Part shown: piece by piece, positions 1-13,990 of the stretch
Layout: each line of letters begins with the position of its first letter
Position numbering within the stretch: the stretch's first letter is position 1
DNA from: Auanema rhodensis
Lineage: Eukaryota > Animalia > Nematoda
NCBI GenBank assembly: GCA_964057225.1
Contig: OZ059895.1
Location: 21,328,001 to 21,392,000 of the forward strand
DNA: 64,000 nt
Direction of reading: 5' to 3'
Translations under genes and position numbers: made by a program
Notes under the pieces: model-generated
What the model was told of the DNA's origin: nothing
Database searches by the model: none
The model's input: the letters and a program-made list of their open reading frames with translations, nothing else

Positions 1-3000
1 TGACTTTGAAATTTACGTGAACTTTAATTTATGCTAATTAAGTGTACACATGATGTGCGCTTGGTATGTAACTCGCTTCACGTGAAAGATAAAGAGATGC
101 GGTTTTCAAAATTAGATTCCCCATTTCCATATTAGTCTAAAAACAAATTTTTATTGATATTGGTGGATGGTAACCATGACTTTGTAATTTACGTGAACTT
201 TAATTTATGCTAATTAAGTGTACACATGATGTGCACTTGGTATGTAACTCGCTTCACGTCAAAGATAAAGAGATGCGGTTTTCAAAATTAGATTCCCCAT
301 GTCCATATTAGTCTAAAAACAAATTTTTGTTGATATTGGTGGATGGTAACCATGACTTTGTAATTTACGTGAACTTTAATTTATGCTAATTAAGTGTACA
401 CATGATGTGCGCTTGGTATGTAACTCGCTTCACGTGAAAGATAAAGAGATGCGGTTTTCAAAATTAGATTCCTCATGTCCATACTAGTCTAAAAACGAAT
501 TTTTATTGATATTGATGCATGGTAACCATGACTTTGAAATTTACGTGAACTTTAATTTATGCTTATTAAGTGTACACGTGATGTGCACTTGGTATGTAAC
601 TTGCTTCACGTGAAAGATAAAGGGATACGGTTTTCAAAATTAGATTCCCCATGTCCATATTAGTCTGAAAACAAATTTTTGTTGATATTGGTGGATGGTA
701 ACCATGACTTTGTAATTTACGTGAACTTTAATTTATGCTAATTAAGTGTACACGTGATGTGCACTTGGTATGTAACTTGCTTCACGTGAAAGATAAAGGG
801 ATGCGGTTTTCAAAATTAGATTCCCCATTTCCATATTAGTCTAAAAACAATATTTTATTGATATTGGTGCATGGCAACCATGACTTTAAAATTTACGTGA
901 ACTTTAATTTATGCTAATTAAGTGTACACATGATGTGCACTTGGTATGTAACTCGCTTCACGTCAAAGATAAAGAGATGCGGTTTTCAAAATTAGATTCC
1001 CCATGTCCATATTAGTCTAAAAACAAATTTTTATTAATATTGGTGCATGGTAACCATGACTTTGAAATTTACGTGAACTTTAATTTATGCTAATTAAGTG
1101 TACACATGAAGTGCGCTTGGTATGTAACTCGCTTCACGTGAAAGATAAAGAGATGCGGTTTTCAAAATTAGATTCCTCATGTCCATACTAGTCTAAAAAC
1201 GAATTTTTATTGATATTGATGCATGGTAACCATGACTTTGAAATTTACGTGAACTTTAATTTATGCTTATTAAGTGTACACGTGATGTGCACTTGGTATG
1301 TAACTTGCTTCACGTGAAAGATAAAGGGATGCGGTTTTCAAAATTAGATTCCCCATGTCCATATTAGTCTAAAAACAAATTTTTGTTGATATTGGTGGAT
1401 GGTAACCATGACTTTGTAATTTACGTGAACTTTAATTTATGCTAATTAAGTGTACACGTGATGTGCACTTGGTATGTAACTTGCTTCACGTGAAAGATAA
1501 AGAGATGCGGTTTTCAAAATTAGATTCCCCATGTCCATATTAGTCTAAAAACAAATTTTTGTTGATATTGGTGGATGGTAACCATGACTTTAAAATTTAC
1601 GTGAACTTTAATTTATGCTAATTAAGTGTACACATGATGTGCACTCGGTATGTAACTCGCTTCACGTGAAAGATAAAGAGATGCGGTTTTCAAAATTAGA
1701 TTCCCCATGTCCATATTAGTCTAAAAACGAATTTTTATTGATATTGATGCATGGTAACCATGACTTTGAAATTTACGTGAACTTTAATTTATGCTTATTA
1801 AGTGTACACGTGATGTGCACTTGGTATGTAACTTGCTTCACGTGAAAGATAAAGGGATGCGGTTTTCAAAATTAGATTCCCCATGTCCATATTAGTCTAA
1901 AAACAAATTTTTATTAATATTGGTGCATGGTAACCATGACTTTGAAATTTACGTGAACTTTAATTTATGCTAATTAAGTGTACACATGATGTGCGCTTGG
2001 TATGTAACTCGCTTCACGTGAAAGATAAAGAGATGCGGTTTTCAAAATTAGATTCCCCATTTCCATATTAGTCTAAAAACAATATTTTATTGATATTGGT
2101 GCATGGCAACCATGACTTTAAAATTTACGTGAACTTTAATTTATGCTAATTAAGTGTACACATGATGTGCACTTGGTATGTAACTCGCTTCACGTCAAAG
2201 ATAAAGAGATGCGGTTTTCAAAATTAGATTCCCCATGTCCATATTAGTCTAAAAACAAATTTTTATTAATATTGGTGCATGGTAACCATGACTTTGAAAT
2301 TTACGTGAACTTTAATTTATGCTAATTAAGTGTACACATGATGTGCGCTTGGTATGTAACTCGCTTCACGTGAAAGATAAAGAGATGCGGTTTTCAAAAT
2401 TAGATTCCTCATGTCCATACTAGTCTAAAAACGAATTTTTATTGATATTGATGCATGGTAACCATGACTTTGAAATTTACGTGAACTTTAATTTATGCTT
2501 ATTAAGTGTACACGTGATGTGCACTTGGTATGTAACTTGCTTCACGTGAAAGATAAAGGGATACGGTTTTCAAAATTAGATTCTTCATGTCCATATTAGT
2601 CTAAAAACAAATTTTTGTTGATATTGGTGGATGGTAACCATGACTTTGTAATTTACGTGAACTTTAATTTATGCTAATTAAGTGTACACGTGATGTGCAC
2701 TTGGTATGTAACTTGCTTCACGTGAAAGATAAAGGGATGCGGTTTTCAAAATTAGATTCCCCATTTCCATATTAGTCTAAAAACAATATTTTATTGATAT
2801 TGGTGCATGGCAACCATGACTTTAAAATTTACGTGAACTTTAATTTATGCTAATTAAGTGTACACATGATGTGCACTTGGTATGTAACTCGCTTCACGTC
2901 AAAGATAAAGAGATGCGGTTTTCAAAATTAGATTCCCCATGTCCATATTAGTCTAAAAACAAATTTTTATTAATATTGGTGCATGGTAACCATGACTTTG

Positions 3001-3814
3001 AAATTTACGTGAACTTTAATTTATGCTAATTAAGTGTACACATGAAGTGCGCTTGGTATGTAACTCGCTTCACGTGAAAGATAAAGAGATGCGGTTTTCA
3101 AAATTAGATTCCCCATGTCCATATTAGTCTAAAAACAAATTTTTATTAATATTGGTGCATGGTAACCATGACTTTGAAATTTACGTGAACTTTAATTTAT
3201 GCTTATTAAGTGTACACGTGATGTGCACTTGGTATGTAACTCGCTTCACGTCAAAGATAAAGAGATGCGGTTTTCAAAATTAGATTCCCCATGTCCATAT
3301 TAGTCTAAAAACAAATTTTTATTAATATTGGTGCATGGTAACCATGAATTTGAAATTTACGTGAACTTTAATTTATGCTTATTAAGTGTACACGTGATGT
3401 GCACTTGGTATGTAACTTGCTTCACGTGAAAGATAAAGGGATGCGGTTTTCAAAATTAGATTCCCCATGTCCATATTAGTCTAAAAACAAATTTTTGTTG
3501 ATATTGGTGGATGGTAACCATGACTTTGTAATTTACGTGAACTTTAATTTATGCTAATTAAGTGTACACATGATGTGCGCTTGGTATGTAACTCGCTTCA
3601 CGTGAAAGATAAAGAGATGCGGTTTTCAAAATTAGATTCCTCATGTCCATATTAGTCTAAAAACGAATTTTTATTGATATTGATGCATGGTAACCATGAC
3701 TTTGTAATTTACGTGAACTTTAATTTATGCTAATTAAGTGTACACATGATGTGCGCTTGGTATGTAACTCGCTTCACGTGAAAGATAAAGAGATGCGGTT
3801 TTCAAAATTAGATT
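1..3814. repeat. 176-bp tandem satellite array (~21.7 copies, truncated by window start)
   Basis: The TGACTTT motif recurs at 1, 177, 353 ... 3697 (=1+176x21), so the period is 176 bp with no net indels. Copies differ only by substitutions. The last copy ends at ...CAAAATTAGATT (3814). Confidence 0.98.
177..3168. repeat. Degenerate 4-monomer (704-bp) higher-order repeat in the 176-bp array
   Basis: Monomer types recur in a-b-c-d order: a (CACGTC) monomers 2, 6, 13, 17; b (CCTC/ATAC/ACGA/GATGCAT) 3, 7, 14; c (GCTTATT/CTTG/AGGG/TTGTT) 4, 8, 15; d (ATTTCC/CAATAT/GGCAAC) 5, 12, 16. Confidence 0.75.
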
Positions 3815-3852
3815 TTTTGATAATTTAATTTTTGTATTGAGGGTTTCTAATG
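3815..3852. other. Direct junction between the 176-bp and 351-bp satellites
   Basis: The 176-mer consensus stops at 3814. TTTTGATAATT (3815-3825) follows, then a diverged start of the 351-mer (TAATTTTTGTATTGAGGGTTTCT-AATG vs consensus TAATTTTTGTATTGAGCGTTTCTCAATG). Confidence 0.9.
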
Positions 3853-6800
3853 TAGTATAGTGCATTCGATGCGGATTTTTAAGCTGCGTCGATCTGTGTT
3901 ATCAGATTTGCGCTAGCTTAAAAATGCACCGAGATATCAACTGATATAAGTTCACACTTATATCCTCGATTTTCACCCTAAAGAATTAATTTTTCCGTTG
4001 AATAACAATGTCCATCGTTTTTGCCTTGAAAAAAGGAATCTAAAAACATCTACTTTTTGCTAAATTATTTTGAAATTTTTCGAAAAAATTTTTGTCAAAA
4101 TGTTTTTGGAAGCAATGTTGAGTGTACATGGAAACTCAACATACACTAATGCATCATTTTTCAAACGATCATAACTAATTTTTGTATTGAGCGTTTCTCA
4201 ATGTTGTATAGTGCATTCGATGCGGATTTTTAAGCTGCGTCGATCTGTGTTATCAGATTTGCGCTAGCTTAAAAATGCACCGAGATATCAACTGATATAA
4301 GTTCACACTTATATCCTCGATTTTCACCCTAAAGAATTAATTTTTTCGTTGAATAACAATGTCCATCGTTTTTGCCTTGAAAAAAGGAATCTAAAAACAT
4401 CTACTTTTTGCTAAATTATTTTGAAATTTTTCGAAAAAATTTTTGTCAAAATGTTTTTGGAAGCAATGTTAGAGTGTACATGGAAACTCAACATACACTA
4501 ATGCATCATTTTTCAAACGATCATAACTAATTTTTGTATTGAGCGTTTCTCAATGTTGTATAGTGCATTCGATGCGGATTTTTAAGCTGCGTCGATCTGT
4601 GTTATCAGATTTGCGCTAGCTTAAAAATGCACCGAGATATCAACTGATATAAGTTCACACTTATATCCTCGATTTTCACCCTAAAGAATTAATTTTTTCG
4701 TTGAATAACAATGTCCATCGTTTTTGCCTTGAAAAAAGGAATCTAAAAACATCTACTTTTTGCTAAATTATTTTGAAATTTTTCGAAAAAATTTTTGTCA
4801 AAATGTTTTTGGAAGCAATGTTAGAGTGTACATGGAAACTCAACATACACTAATGCATCATTTTTCAAACGATCATAACTAATTTTTGTTTTGAGCGTTT
4901 CTCAATGTAGTATAGTGCATTCGATGCGGATTTTTAAGCTGCGTCGATCTGTGTTATCAGATTTGCGCTAGCTTAAAAATGCACCGAGATATCAACTGAT
5001 ATAAGTTCACACTTATATCCTCGATTTTCACCCTGAAGAATTAATTTTTTCGTTGAATAACATTGTCCATCGTCTTTGCCTTGAAAAAAAAAATCTGAAA
5101 ACATCTACTTTTTGCTAAATTATTTTGAAATTTTTGGAAAAAATTTTTGTCAAAATGTTTTTGGAAGCAATGTTGAGTGTACATGGAAACTCAACATACA
5201 CTAATGCATCATTTTTCAAACGATCATAACTAATTTTTGTATTGAGCGTTTCTCAATGTTGTATAGTGCATTCGATGCGGATTTTTAAGCTGCGTCGATC
5301 TGTGTTATCAGATTTGCGCTAGCTTAAAAATGCACCGAGATATCAACTGATATAAGTTCACACTTATATCCTCGATTTTCACCCTGAAGAATTAATTTTT
5401 TCGTTGAATAACATTGTCCATCGTCTTTGCCTTGAAAAAAAAATCTGAAAACATCTACTTTTTGCTAAATTATTTTGAAATTTTTCGAAAAAATTTTTGT
5501 CAAAATGTTTTTGGAAGCAATGTTGAGTGTACATGGAAACTCAACATACACTAATGCATCATTTTTCAAACAATCATAACTAATTTTTGTATTGAGCGTT
5601 TCTCAATGTAGTATAGTGCATTCGATGCGGATTTTTAAGCTGCGTCGATCTGTGTTATCAGATTTGCGCTAGCTTAAAAATGCACCGAGATATCAACTGA
5701 TATAAGTTCACACTTATATCCTCGATTTTCACCCTGAAGAATTAATTTTTTCGTTGAATAACCTTGTCCATCGTCTTTGCCTTGAAAAACAAAATCTGAA
5801 AACATCTACTTTTTGCTAAATTATTTTGAAATTTTTCGAAAAAATTTTTGTCAAAATGTTTTTGGAAGCAATGTTGAGTGTACATGGAAACTCAACATAC
5901 ACTAATGCATCATTTTTCAAACGATCATAACTAATTTTTGTATTGAGCGTTTCTCAATGTAGTATAGTGCATTCGATGCGAATTTTTAAGCTGCGTCGAT
6001 CTGTGTTATCAGATTTGCGCTAGCTTGAAAATGCACCGAGATATCAACTGATATAAGTTCACACTTATATCCTCGATTTTCACCCTGAAGAATTAATTTT
6101 TTCGTTGAATAACATTGTCCATCGTCTTTGCCTTGAAAAAAGGAATCTAAAAACATCTACTTTTTGCTAAATTTTTTTGAAATTTTTCGAAAAAATTTTT
6201 GTCAAAATGTTTTTGGAAGCAATGTTGAGTGTACATGGAAACTCAACATACACTAATGCATCATTTTTCAAACGATCATAACTAATTTTTGTATTAAGCG
6301 TTTCTCAATGTAGTATAGTGCATTCGATGCGAATTTTTAAGCTGCGTCGATCTGTGTTATCAGATTTGCGCTAGCTTGAAAATGCACCGAGATATCAACT
6401 GATATAAGTTCACACTTATATCCTCGATTTTCACCCTGAAGAATTAATTTTTTCGTTGAATAACCTTGTCCATCGTCTTTGCCTTGAAAAACAAAATCTG
6501 AAAACATCTACTTTTTGCTAAATTATTTTGAAATTTTTCGAAAAAATTTTTGTCAAAATGTTTTTGGAAGCAATGTTGAGTGTACATGGAAACTCAACAT
6601 ACACTAATGCATCATTTTGCAAACGATCATAACTAATTTCTGTATTGAGCGTTTCTCAATGTAGTATAGTGCATTCGATGCGGATTTTTAAGCTGCGTCG
6701 ATCTGTGTTTTCAGATTTGCGCTAGCTTAAAAATGCACCGAGATATCAACTTATATAAGTTCACACTTACATCCTCGATTTTCACCCTGAAGAATTAATT

Positions 6801-6984
6801 TTTCCGTTGAATAACATTGTCCATCGTCTTTGCCTTGAAAAAAAAAATCTGAAAACATCTACTTTTTGCTAAATTATTTTGAAATTTTTCGAAAAAATTT
6901 TTGTCAAAATGTTTTTGGAAGCAATGTTGAGTGTACATGGAAACTCAACATACACTAATGCATCATTTTTCAAACGATCATAAC

Positions 6985-9900
6985 TAATTTTTGTATTGAG
7001 CGTTTCTCAATGTAGTATAGTGCATTCGATGCGGATTTTTAAGCTGCGTCGATCTGTGTTATCAGATTTGCGCTAGCTTAAAAATGCACCGAGATATCAA
7101 CTGATATAAGTTCACACTTATATCCTCGATTTTCACCCTGAAGAATTAATTTTTTCGTTGAATAACAATGTCCATCGTCTTTGTCTTGAAAAAAGGAATC
7201 TAAAAACATATACTTTTTGCTAAATTATTTTGAAATTTTTCGAAAAAAGTTTTGTCAAAATGTTTTTGGAAGCAATGTTGAGTGTACATGGAAACTCAAC
7301 ATACACTAATGCATCATTTTTCAAACGATCATAACTAATTTTTGTATTGAGCGTTTCTCAATGTAGTATAGTGCATTCGATGCGGATTTTTAAGCTGCGT
7401 CGATCTGTGTTATCAGATTTGCGCTAGCTTAAAAATGCACCGAGATATCAACTGATATAAGTTCACACTTATATCCTCGATTTTCACCCTGAAGAATTAA
7501 TTTTTTCGTTGAATAACCTTGTCCATCGTCTTTGCCTTGAAAAAAAAAATCTGAAAACATCTACTTTTTGCTAAATTATTTTGAAATTTTTCGAAAAAAT
7601 TTTTGTCAAAATGTTTTTGGAAGCAATGTTGAGTGTACATGGAAACTCAACATACACTAATGCATCATTTTTCAAACGATCATAACTAGTTTTTGTATTG
7701 AGCGTTTCTCAATGTAGTATAGTGCATTCGATGCGGATTTTTAAGCTGCGTCGATCTGTGTTATCAGATTTGCGCTAGCTTAAAAATGCACCGAGATATC
7801 AACTGATATAAGTTCACACTTATATCCTCGATTTTCACCCTGAAGAATTAATTTTTTCGTTGAATAACAATGTCCATCGTCTTTGTCTTGAAAAAAGGAA
7901 TCTAAAAACATATACTTTTTGCTAAATTATTTTGAAATTTTTCGAAAAAAGTTTTGTCAAAATGTTTTTGGAAGCAATGTTGAGTGTACATGGAAACTCA
8001 ACATACACTAATGCATCATTTTTCAAACGATCATAACTAATTTTTCTATAAAGCGTTTCTCAATGTAGTATAGTGCATTCGATGCGGATTTTTAAGCTGC
8101 GTCGATCTGTGTTTTCAGATTTGCGCTAGCTTAAAAATGCACCGAGATATCAACTGATATAAGTTCACACTTACATCCTCGATTTTCACCCTGAAGAATT
8201 AATTTTTCCGTTGAATAACATTGTCCATCGTCTTTGCCTTGAAAAAAAAATCTGAAAACATCTACTTTTTGCTAAATTATTTTGAAATTTTTCGAAAAAA
8301 TTTTTGTCAAAATGTTTTTGGAAGCAATGTTGAGTGTACATGGAAACTCAACATACACTAATGCATCATTTTGCAAACGATCATAACTAATTTCTGTATT
8401 GAGCGTTTCTCAATGTAGTATAGTGCATTCGATGCGGATTTTTAAGCTGCGTCGATCTGTGTTTTCAGATTTGCGCTAGCTTAAAAATGCACCGAGATAT
8501 CAACTTATATAAGTTCACACTTACATCCTCGATTTTCACCCTGAAGAATTAATTTTTCCGTTGAATAACATTGTCCATCGTCTTTGCCTTGAAAAAAAAA
8601 ATCTGAAAACATCTACTTTTTGCTAAATTATTTTGAAATTTTTCGAAAAAAGTTTTGTCAAAATGTTTTTGGAAGCAATGTTGAGTGTACATGGAAACTC
8701 AACATACACTAATGCATCATTTTTCAAACGATCATAACTAATTTTTGTATTGAGCGTTTCTCAATGTAGTATAGTGCATTCGATGCGGATTTTTAAGCTG
8801 CGTCGATCTGTGTTATCAGATTTGCGCTAGCTTAAAAATGCACCGAGATATCAACTGATATAAGTTCACACTTATATCCTCGATTTTCACCCTGAAGAAT
8901 TAATTTTTTCGTTGAATAACCTTGTCCATCGTCTTTGCCTTGAAAAAAAAAATCTGAAAACATCTACTTTTTGCTAAATTATTTTGAAATTTTTCGAAAA
9001 AATTTTTGTCAAAATGTTTTTGGAAGCAATGTTGAGTGTACATGGAAACTCAACATACACTAATGCATCATTTTTCAAACGATCATAACTAATTTTTGTA
9101 TTGAGCGTTTCTCAATGTAGTATAGTGCATTCGATGCGGATTTTTAAGCTGCGTCGATCTGTGTTATCAGATTTGCGCTAGCTTAAAAATGCACCGAGAT
9201 ATCAACTGATATAAGTTCACACTTATATCCTCGATTTTCACCCTGAAGAATTAATTTTTTCGTTGAATAACAATGTCCATCGTCTTTGTCTTGAAAAAAG
9301 GAATCTAAAAACATATACTTTTTGCTAAATTATTTTGAAATTTTTCGAAAAAAGTTTTGTCAAAATGTTTTTGGAAGCAATGTTGAGTGTACATGGAAAC
9401 TCAACATACACTAATGCATCATTTTTCAAACGATCATAACTAATTTTTGTATTGAGCGTTTCTCAATGTAGTATAGTGCATTCGATGCGGATTTTTAAGC
9501 TGCGTCGATCTGTGTTATCAGATTTGCGCTAGCTTAAAAATGCACCGAGATATCAACTGATATAAGTTCACACTTATATCCTCGATTTTCACCCTGAAGA
9601 ATTAATTTTTTCGTTGAATAACCTTGTCCATCGTCTTTGCCTTGAAAAAAAAAATCTGAAAACATCTACTTTTTGCTAAATTATTTTGAAATTTTTCGAA
9701 AAAATTTTTGTCAAAATGTTTTTGGAAGCAATGTTGAGTGTACATGGAAACTCAACATACACTAATGCATCATTTTTCAAACGATCATAACTAATTTTTG
9801 TATTGAGCGTTTCTCAATGTAGTATAGTGCATTCGATGCGGATTTTTAAGCTGCGTCGATCTGTGTTATCAGATTTGCGCTAGCTTAAAAATGCACCGAG

Positions 9901-10490
9901 ATATCAACTGATATAAGTTCACACTTATATCCTCGATTTTCACCCTGAAGAATTAATTTTTTCGTTGAATAACAATGTCCATCGTCTTTGTCTTGAAAAA
10001 AGGAATCTAAAAACATATACTTTTTGCTAAATTATTTTGAAATTTTTCGAAAAAAGTTTTGTCAAAATGTTTTTGGAAGCAATGTTGAGTGTACATGGAA
10101 ACTCAACATACACTAATGCATCATTTTTCAAACGATCATAACTAATTTTTGTATTGAGCGTTTCTCAATGTAGTATAGTGCATTCGATGCGGATTTTTAA
10201 GCTGCGTCGATCTGTGTTATCAGATTTGCGCTAGCTTAAAAATGCACCGAGATATCAACTGATATAAGTTCACACTTATATCCTCGATTTTCACCCTGAA
10301 GAATTAATTTTTTCGTTGAATAACCTTGTCCATCGTCTTTGCCTTGAAAAAAAAAATCTGAAAACATCTACTTTTTGCTAAATTATTTTGAAATTTTTCG
10401 AAAAAATTTTTGTCAAAATGTTTTTGGAAGCAATGTTGAGTGTACATGGAAACTCAACATACACTAATGCATCATTTTTCAAACGATCAT
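6985..10490. repeat. Dimeric (702-bp) higher-order pattern in the 351-bp array
   Basis: TTGTCTTG...CATATAC...AAGTTTT monomers at ~7181, 7883, 9287, 9989 alternate with AACCTTGTCC monomers at ~7515, 8918, 9620, 10322. Confidence 0.75.
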
Positions 10491-13400
10491 AACTAATTTT
10501 TGTATTGAGCGTTTCTCAATGTAGTATAGTGCATTCGATGCGAATTTTTAAGCTGCGTCGATCTGTGTTATCAGATTTGCGCTAGCTTGAAAATGCACCG
10601 AGATATCAACTGATATAAGTTCACACTTATATCCTCGATTTTCACCCTGAAGAATTAATTTTTTCGTTGAATAACATTGTCCATCGTCTTTGCCTTGAAA
10701 AAAGGAATCTAAAAACATCTACTTTTTGCTAAATTTTTTTGAAATTTTTCGAAAAAATTTTTGTCAAAATGTTTTTGGAAGCAATGTTGAGTGTACATGG
10801 AAACTCAACATACACTAATGCATCATTTTTCAAACGATCATAACTAATTTTTGTATTGAGCGTTTCTCAATGTAGAATAGTGCATTCGATGCGGATTTTT
10901 AAGCTGCGTCGATCTGTATTATCAGATTTGCGCTAGCTTAAAAATGCACCGAGATATCAACTGATATAAGTTCACACTTATATCCTCGATTTTCACCCTG
11001 AAGAATTAATTTTTTCGTTGAATAACATTGTCCATCGTCTTTGCCTTGAAGAAAGAATCTGAAAACATCTACTTTTTGCTAAATTATTTTGAAATTTTTC
11101 GAAAAAAGTTTTGTCAAAATGTTTTTGGAAGCAATGTTGAGTGTACATGGAAACTCAACATACACTAATGCATCATTTTTCAAACGATCATAACTAATTT
11201 TTGTATTGAGCGTTTCTCAATGTAGTATAGTGCATTCGATGCGGATTTTTAAGCTGCGTCGATCTGTGTTATCAGATTTGCGCTAGCTTAAAAATGCACC
11301 GAGATATCAACTGATATAAGTTCACACTTATATCCTCGATTTTCACCCTGAAGAATTAATTTTTTCGTTGAATAACCTTGTCCATCGTCTTTGCCTTGAA
11401 AAAAAAAATCTGAAAACATCTACTTTTTGCTAAATTATTTTGAAATTTTTCGAAAAAATTTTTGTCAAAATGTTTTTGGAAGCAATGTTGAGTGTACATG
11501 GAAACTCAACATACACTAATGCATCATTTTTCAAACGATCATAACTAATTTTTGTATTAATCGTTTCTCAATGTAGTATAGTGCATTCGATGCGGATTTT
11601 TAAGCTGCGTCGATCTGTATTATCAGATTTGCGCTAGCTTAAAAATGCACCGAGATATCAACTGATATAAGTTCACACTTATATCCTCGATTTTCACCCT
11701 GAAGAATTAATTTTTTCGTTGAATAACATTGTCCATCGTCTTTGCCTTGAAGAAAGAATCTGAAAACATCTACTTTTTGCTAAATTATTTTGAAATTTTT
11801 CGAAAAAATTTTTGTCAAAATGTTTTTGGAAGCAATGTTGAGTGTACATGGAAACTCAACATACACTAATGCATCATTTTTCAAACGATCATAACTAATT
11901 TTTGTATTGAGCGTTTCTCAATGTAGTATAGTGCATTCGATGCGAATTTTTAAGCTGCGTCGATCTGTGTTATCAGATTTGCGCTAGCTTGAAAATGCAC
12001 CGAGATATCAACTGATATAAGTTCACACTTATATCCTCGATTTTCACCCTGAAGAATTAATTTTTTCGTTGAATAACATTGTCCATCGTCTTTGCCTTGA
12101 AAAAAGGAATCTAAAAACATCTACTTTTTGCTAAATTTTTTTGAAATTTTTCGAAAAAATTTTTGTCAAAATGTTTTTGGAAGCAATGTTGAGTGTACAT
12201 GGAAACTCAACATACACTAATGCATCATTTTTCAAACGATCATAACTAATTTTTGTATTGAGCGTTTCTCAATGTAGAATAGTGCATTCGATGCGGATTT
12301 TTAAGCTGCGTCGATCTGTATTATCAGATTTGCGCTAGCTTAAAAATGCACCGAGATATCAACTGATATAAGTTCACACTTATATCCTCGATTTTCACCC
12401 TGAAGAATTAATTTTTTCGTTGAATAACATTGTCCATCGTCTTTGCCTTGAAGAAAGAATCTGAAAACATCTACTTTTTGCTAAATTATTTTGAAATTTT
12501 TCGAAAAAAGTTTTGTCAAAATGTTTTTGGAAGCAATGTTGAGTGTACATGGAAACTCAACATACACTAATGCATCATTTTTCAAACGATCATAACTAAT
12601 TTTTGTATTGAGCGTTTCTCAATGTAGTATAGTGCATTCGATGCGGATTTTTAAGCTGCGTCGATCTGTGTTATCAGATTTGCGCTAGCTTAAAAATGCA
12701 CCGAGATATCAACTGATATAAGTTCACACTTATATCCTCGATTTTCACCCTGAAGAATTAATTTTTTCGTTGAATAACCTTGTCCATCGTCTTTGCCTTG
12801 AAAAAAAAAATCTGAAAACATCTACTTTTTGCTAAATTATTTTGAAATTTTTCGAAAAAATTTTTGTCAAAATGTTTTTGGAAGCAATGTTGAGTGTACA
12901 TGGAAACTCAACATACACTAATGCATCATTTTTCAAACGATCATAACTAATTTTTGTATTGAGCGTTTCTCAATGTAGTATAGTGCATTCGATGCGGATT
13001 TTTAAGCTGCGTCGATCTGTGTTATCAGATTTGCGCTAGCTTAAAAATGCACCGAGATATCAACTGATATAAGTTCACACTTATATCCTCGATTTTCACC
13101 CTGAAGAATTAATTTTTTCGTTGAATAACCTTGTCCATCGTCTTTGCCTTGAAAAAAAAAATCTGAAAACATCTACTTTTTGCTAAATTATTTTGAAATT
13201 TTTCGAAAAAATTTTTGTCAAAATGTTTTTGGAAGCAATGTTGAGTGTACATGGAAACTCAACATACACTAATGCATCATTTTTCAAACGATCATAACTA
13301 ATTTTTGTATTAATCGTTTCTCAATGTAGTATAGTGCATTCGATGCGGATTTTTAAGCTGCGTCGATCTGTATTATCAGATTTGCGCTAGCTTAAAAATG

Positions 13401-13990
13401 CACCGAGATATCAACTGATATAAGTTCACACTTATATCCTCGATTTTCACCCTGAAGAATTAATTTTTTCGTTGAATAACATTGTCCATCGTCTTTGCCT
13501 TGAAGAAAGAATCTGAAAACATCTACTTTTTGCTAAATTATTTTGAAATTTTTCGAAAAAATTTTTGTCAAAATGTTTTTGGAAGCAATGTTGAGTGTAC
13601 ATGGAAACTCAACATACACTAATGCATCATTTTTCAAACGATCATAACTAATTTTTGTATTGAGCGTTTCTCAATGTAGTATAGTGCATTCGATGCGAAT
13701 TTTTAAGCTGCGTCGATCTGTGTTATCAGATTTGCGCTAGCTTGAAAATGCACCGAGATATCAACTGATATAAGTTCACACTTATATCCTCGATTTTCAC
13801 CCTGAAGAATTAATTTTTTCGTTGAATAACATTGTCCATCGTCTTTGCCTTGAAAAAAGGAATCTAAAAACATCTACTTTTTGCTAAATTTTTTTGAAAT
13901 TTTTCGAAAAAATTTTTGTCAAAATGTTTTTGGAAGCAATGTTGAGTGTACATGGAAACTCAACATACACTAATGCATCATTTTTCAAAC
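10490..13990. repeat. 4/5-monomer higher-order duplication
   Basis: TGTAGAATAG at ~10871 and ~12273 (1402 bp apart); GCGAATTTT at ~10540, 11942, 13695; ATTAATCG at ~11557 and ~13309. Confidence 0.75.

Noticed and set aside
1-3814. Identity with Arabidopsis CEN178 or Brassica CentBr (176 bp)
   Set aside because: Short words resemble my recollection of CEN178 (GTCCATATNAGTCT, TGCGGTTT, TACACATGA), but they are in a different order and there is no extended match. A BLAST/Repbase/PlantSat search is needed to settle it.
3737-4225. 351-mer as a direct dimer of the adjacent 176-mer
   Set aside because: The shared words AGTGTACA and GATGCGG are 55 bp apart in the 176-mer but 98 bp apart in the 351-mer, and they are not in phase across the junction. 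Recent derivation is unsupported.
7154-7170. CENP-B box-like TTCGTTGAA
   Set aside because: It matches TTCG-N4-A but lacks the essential CGGG.
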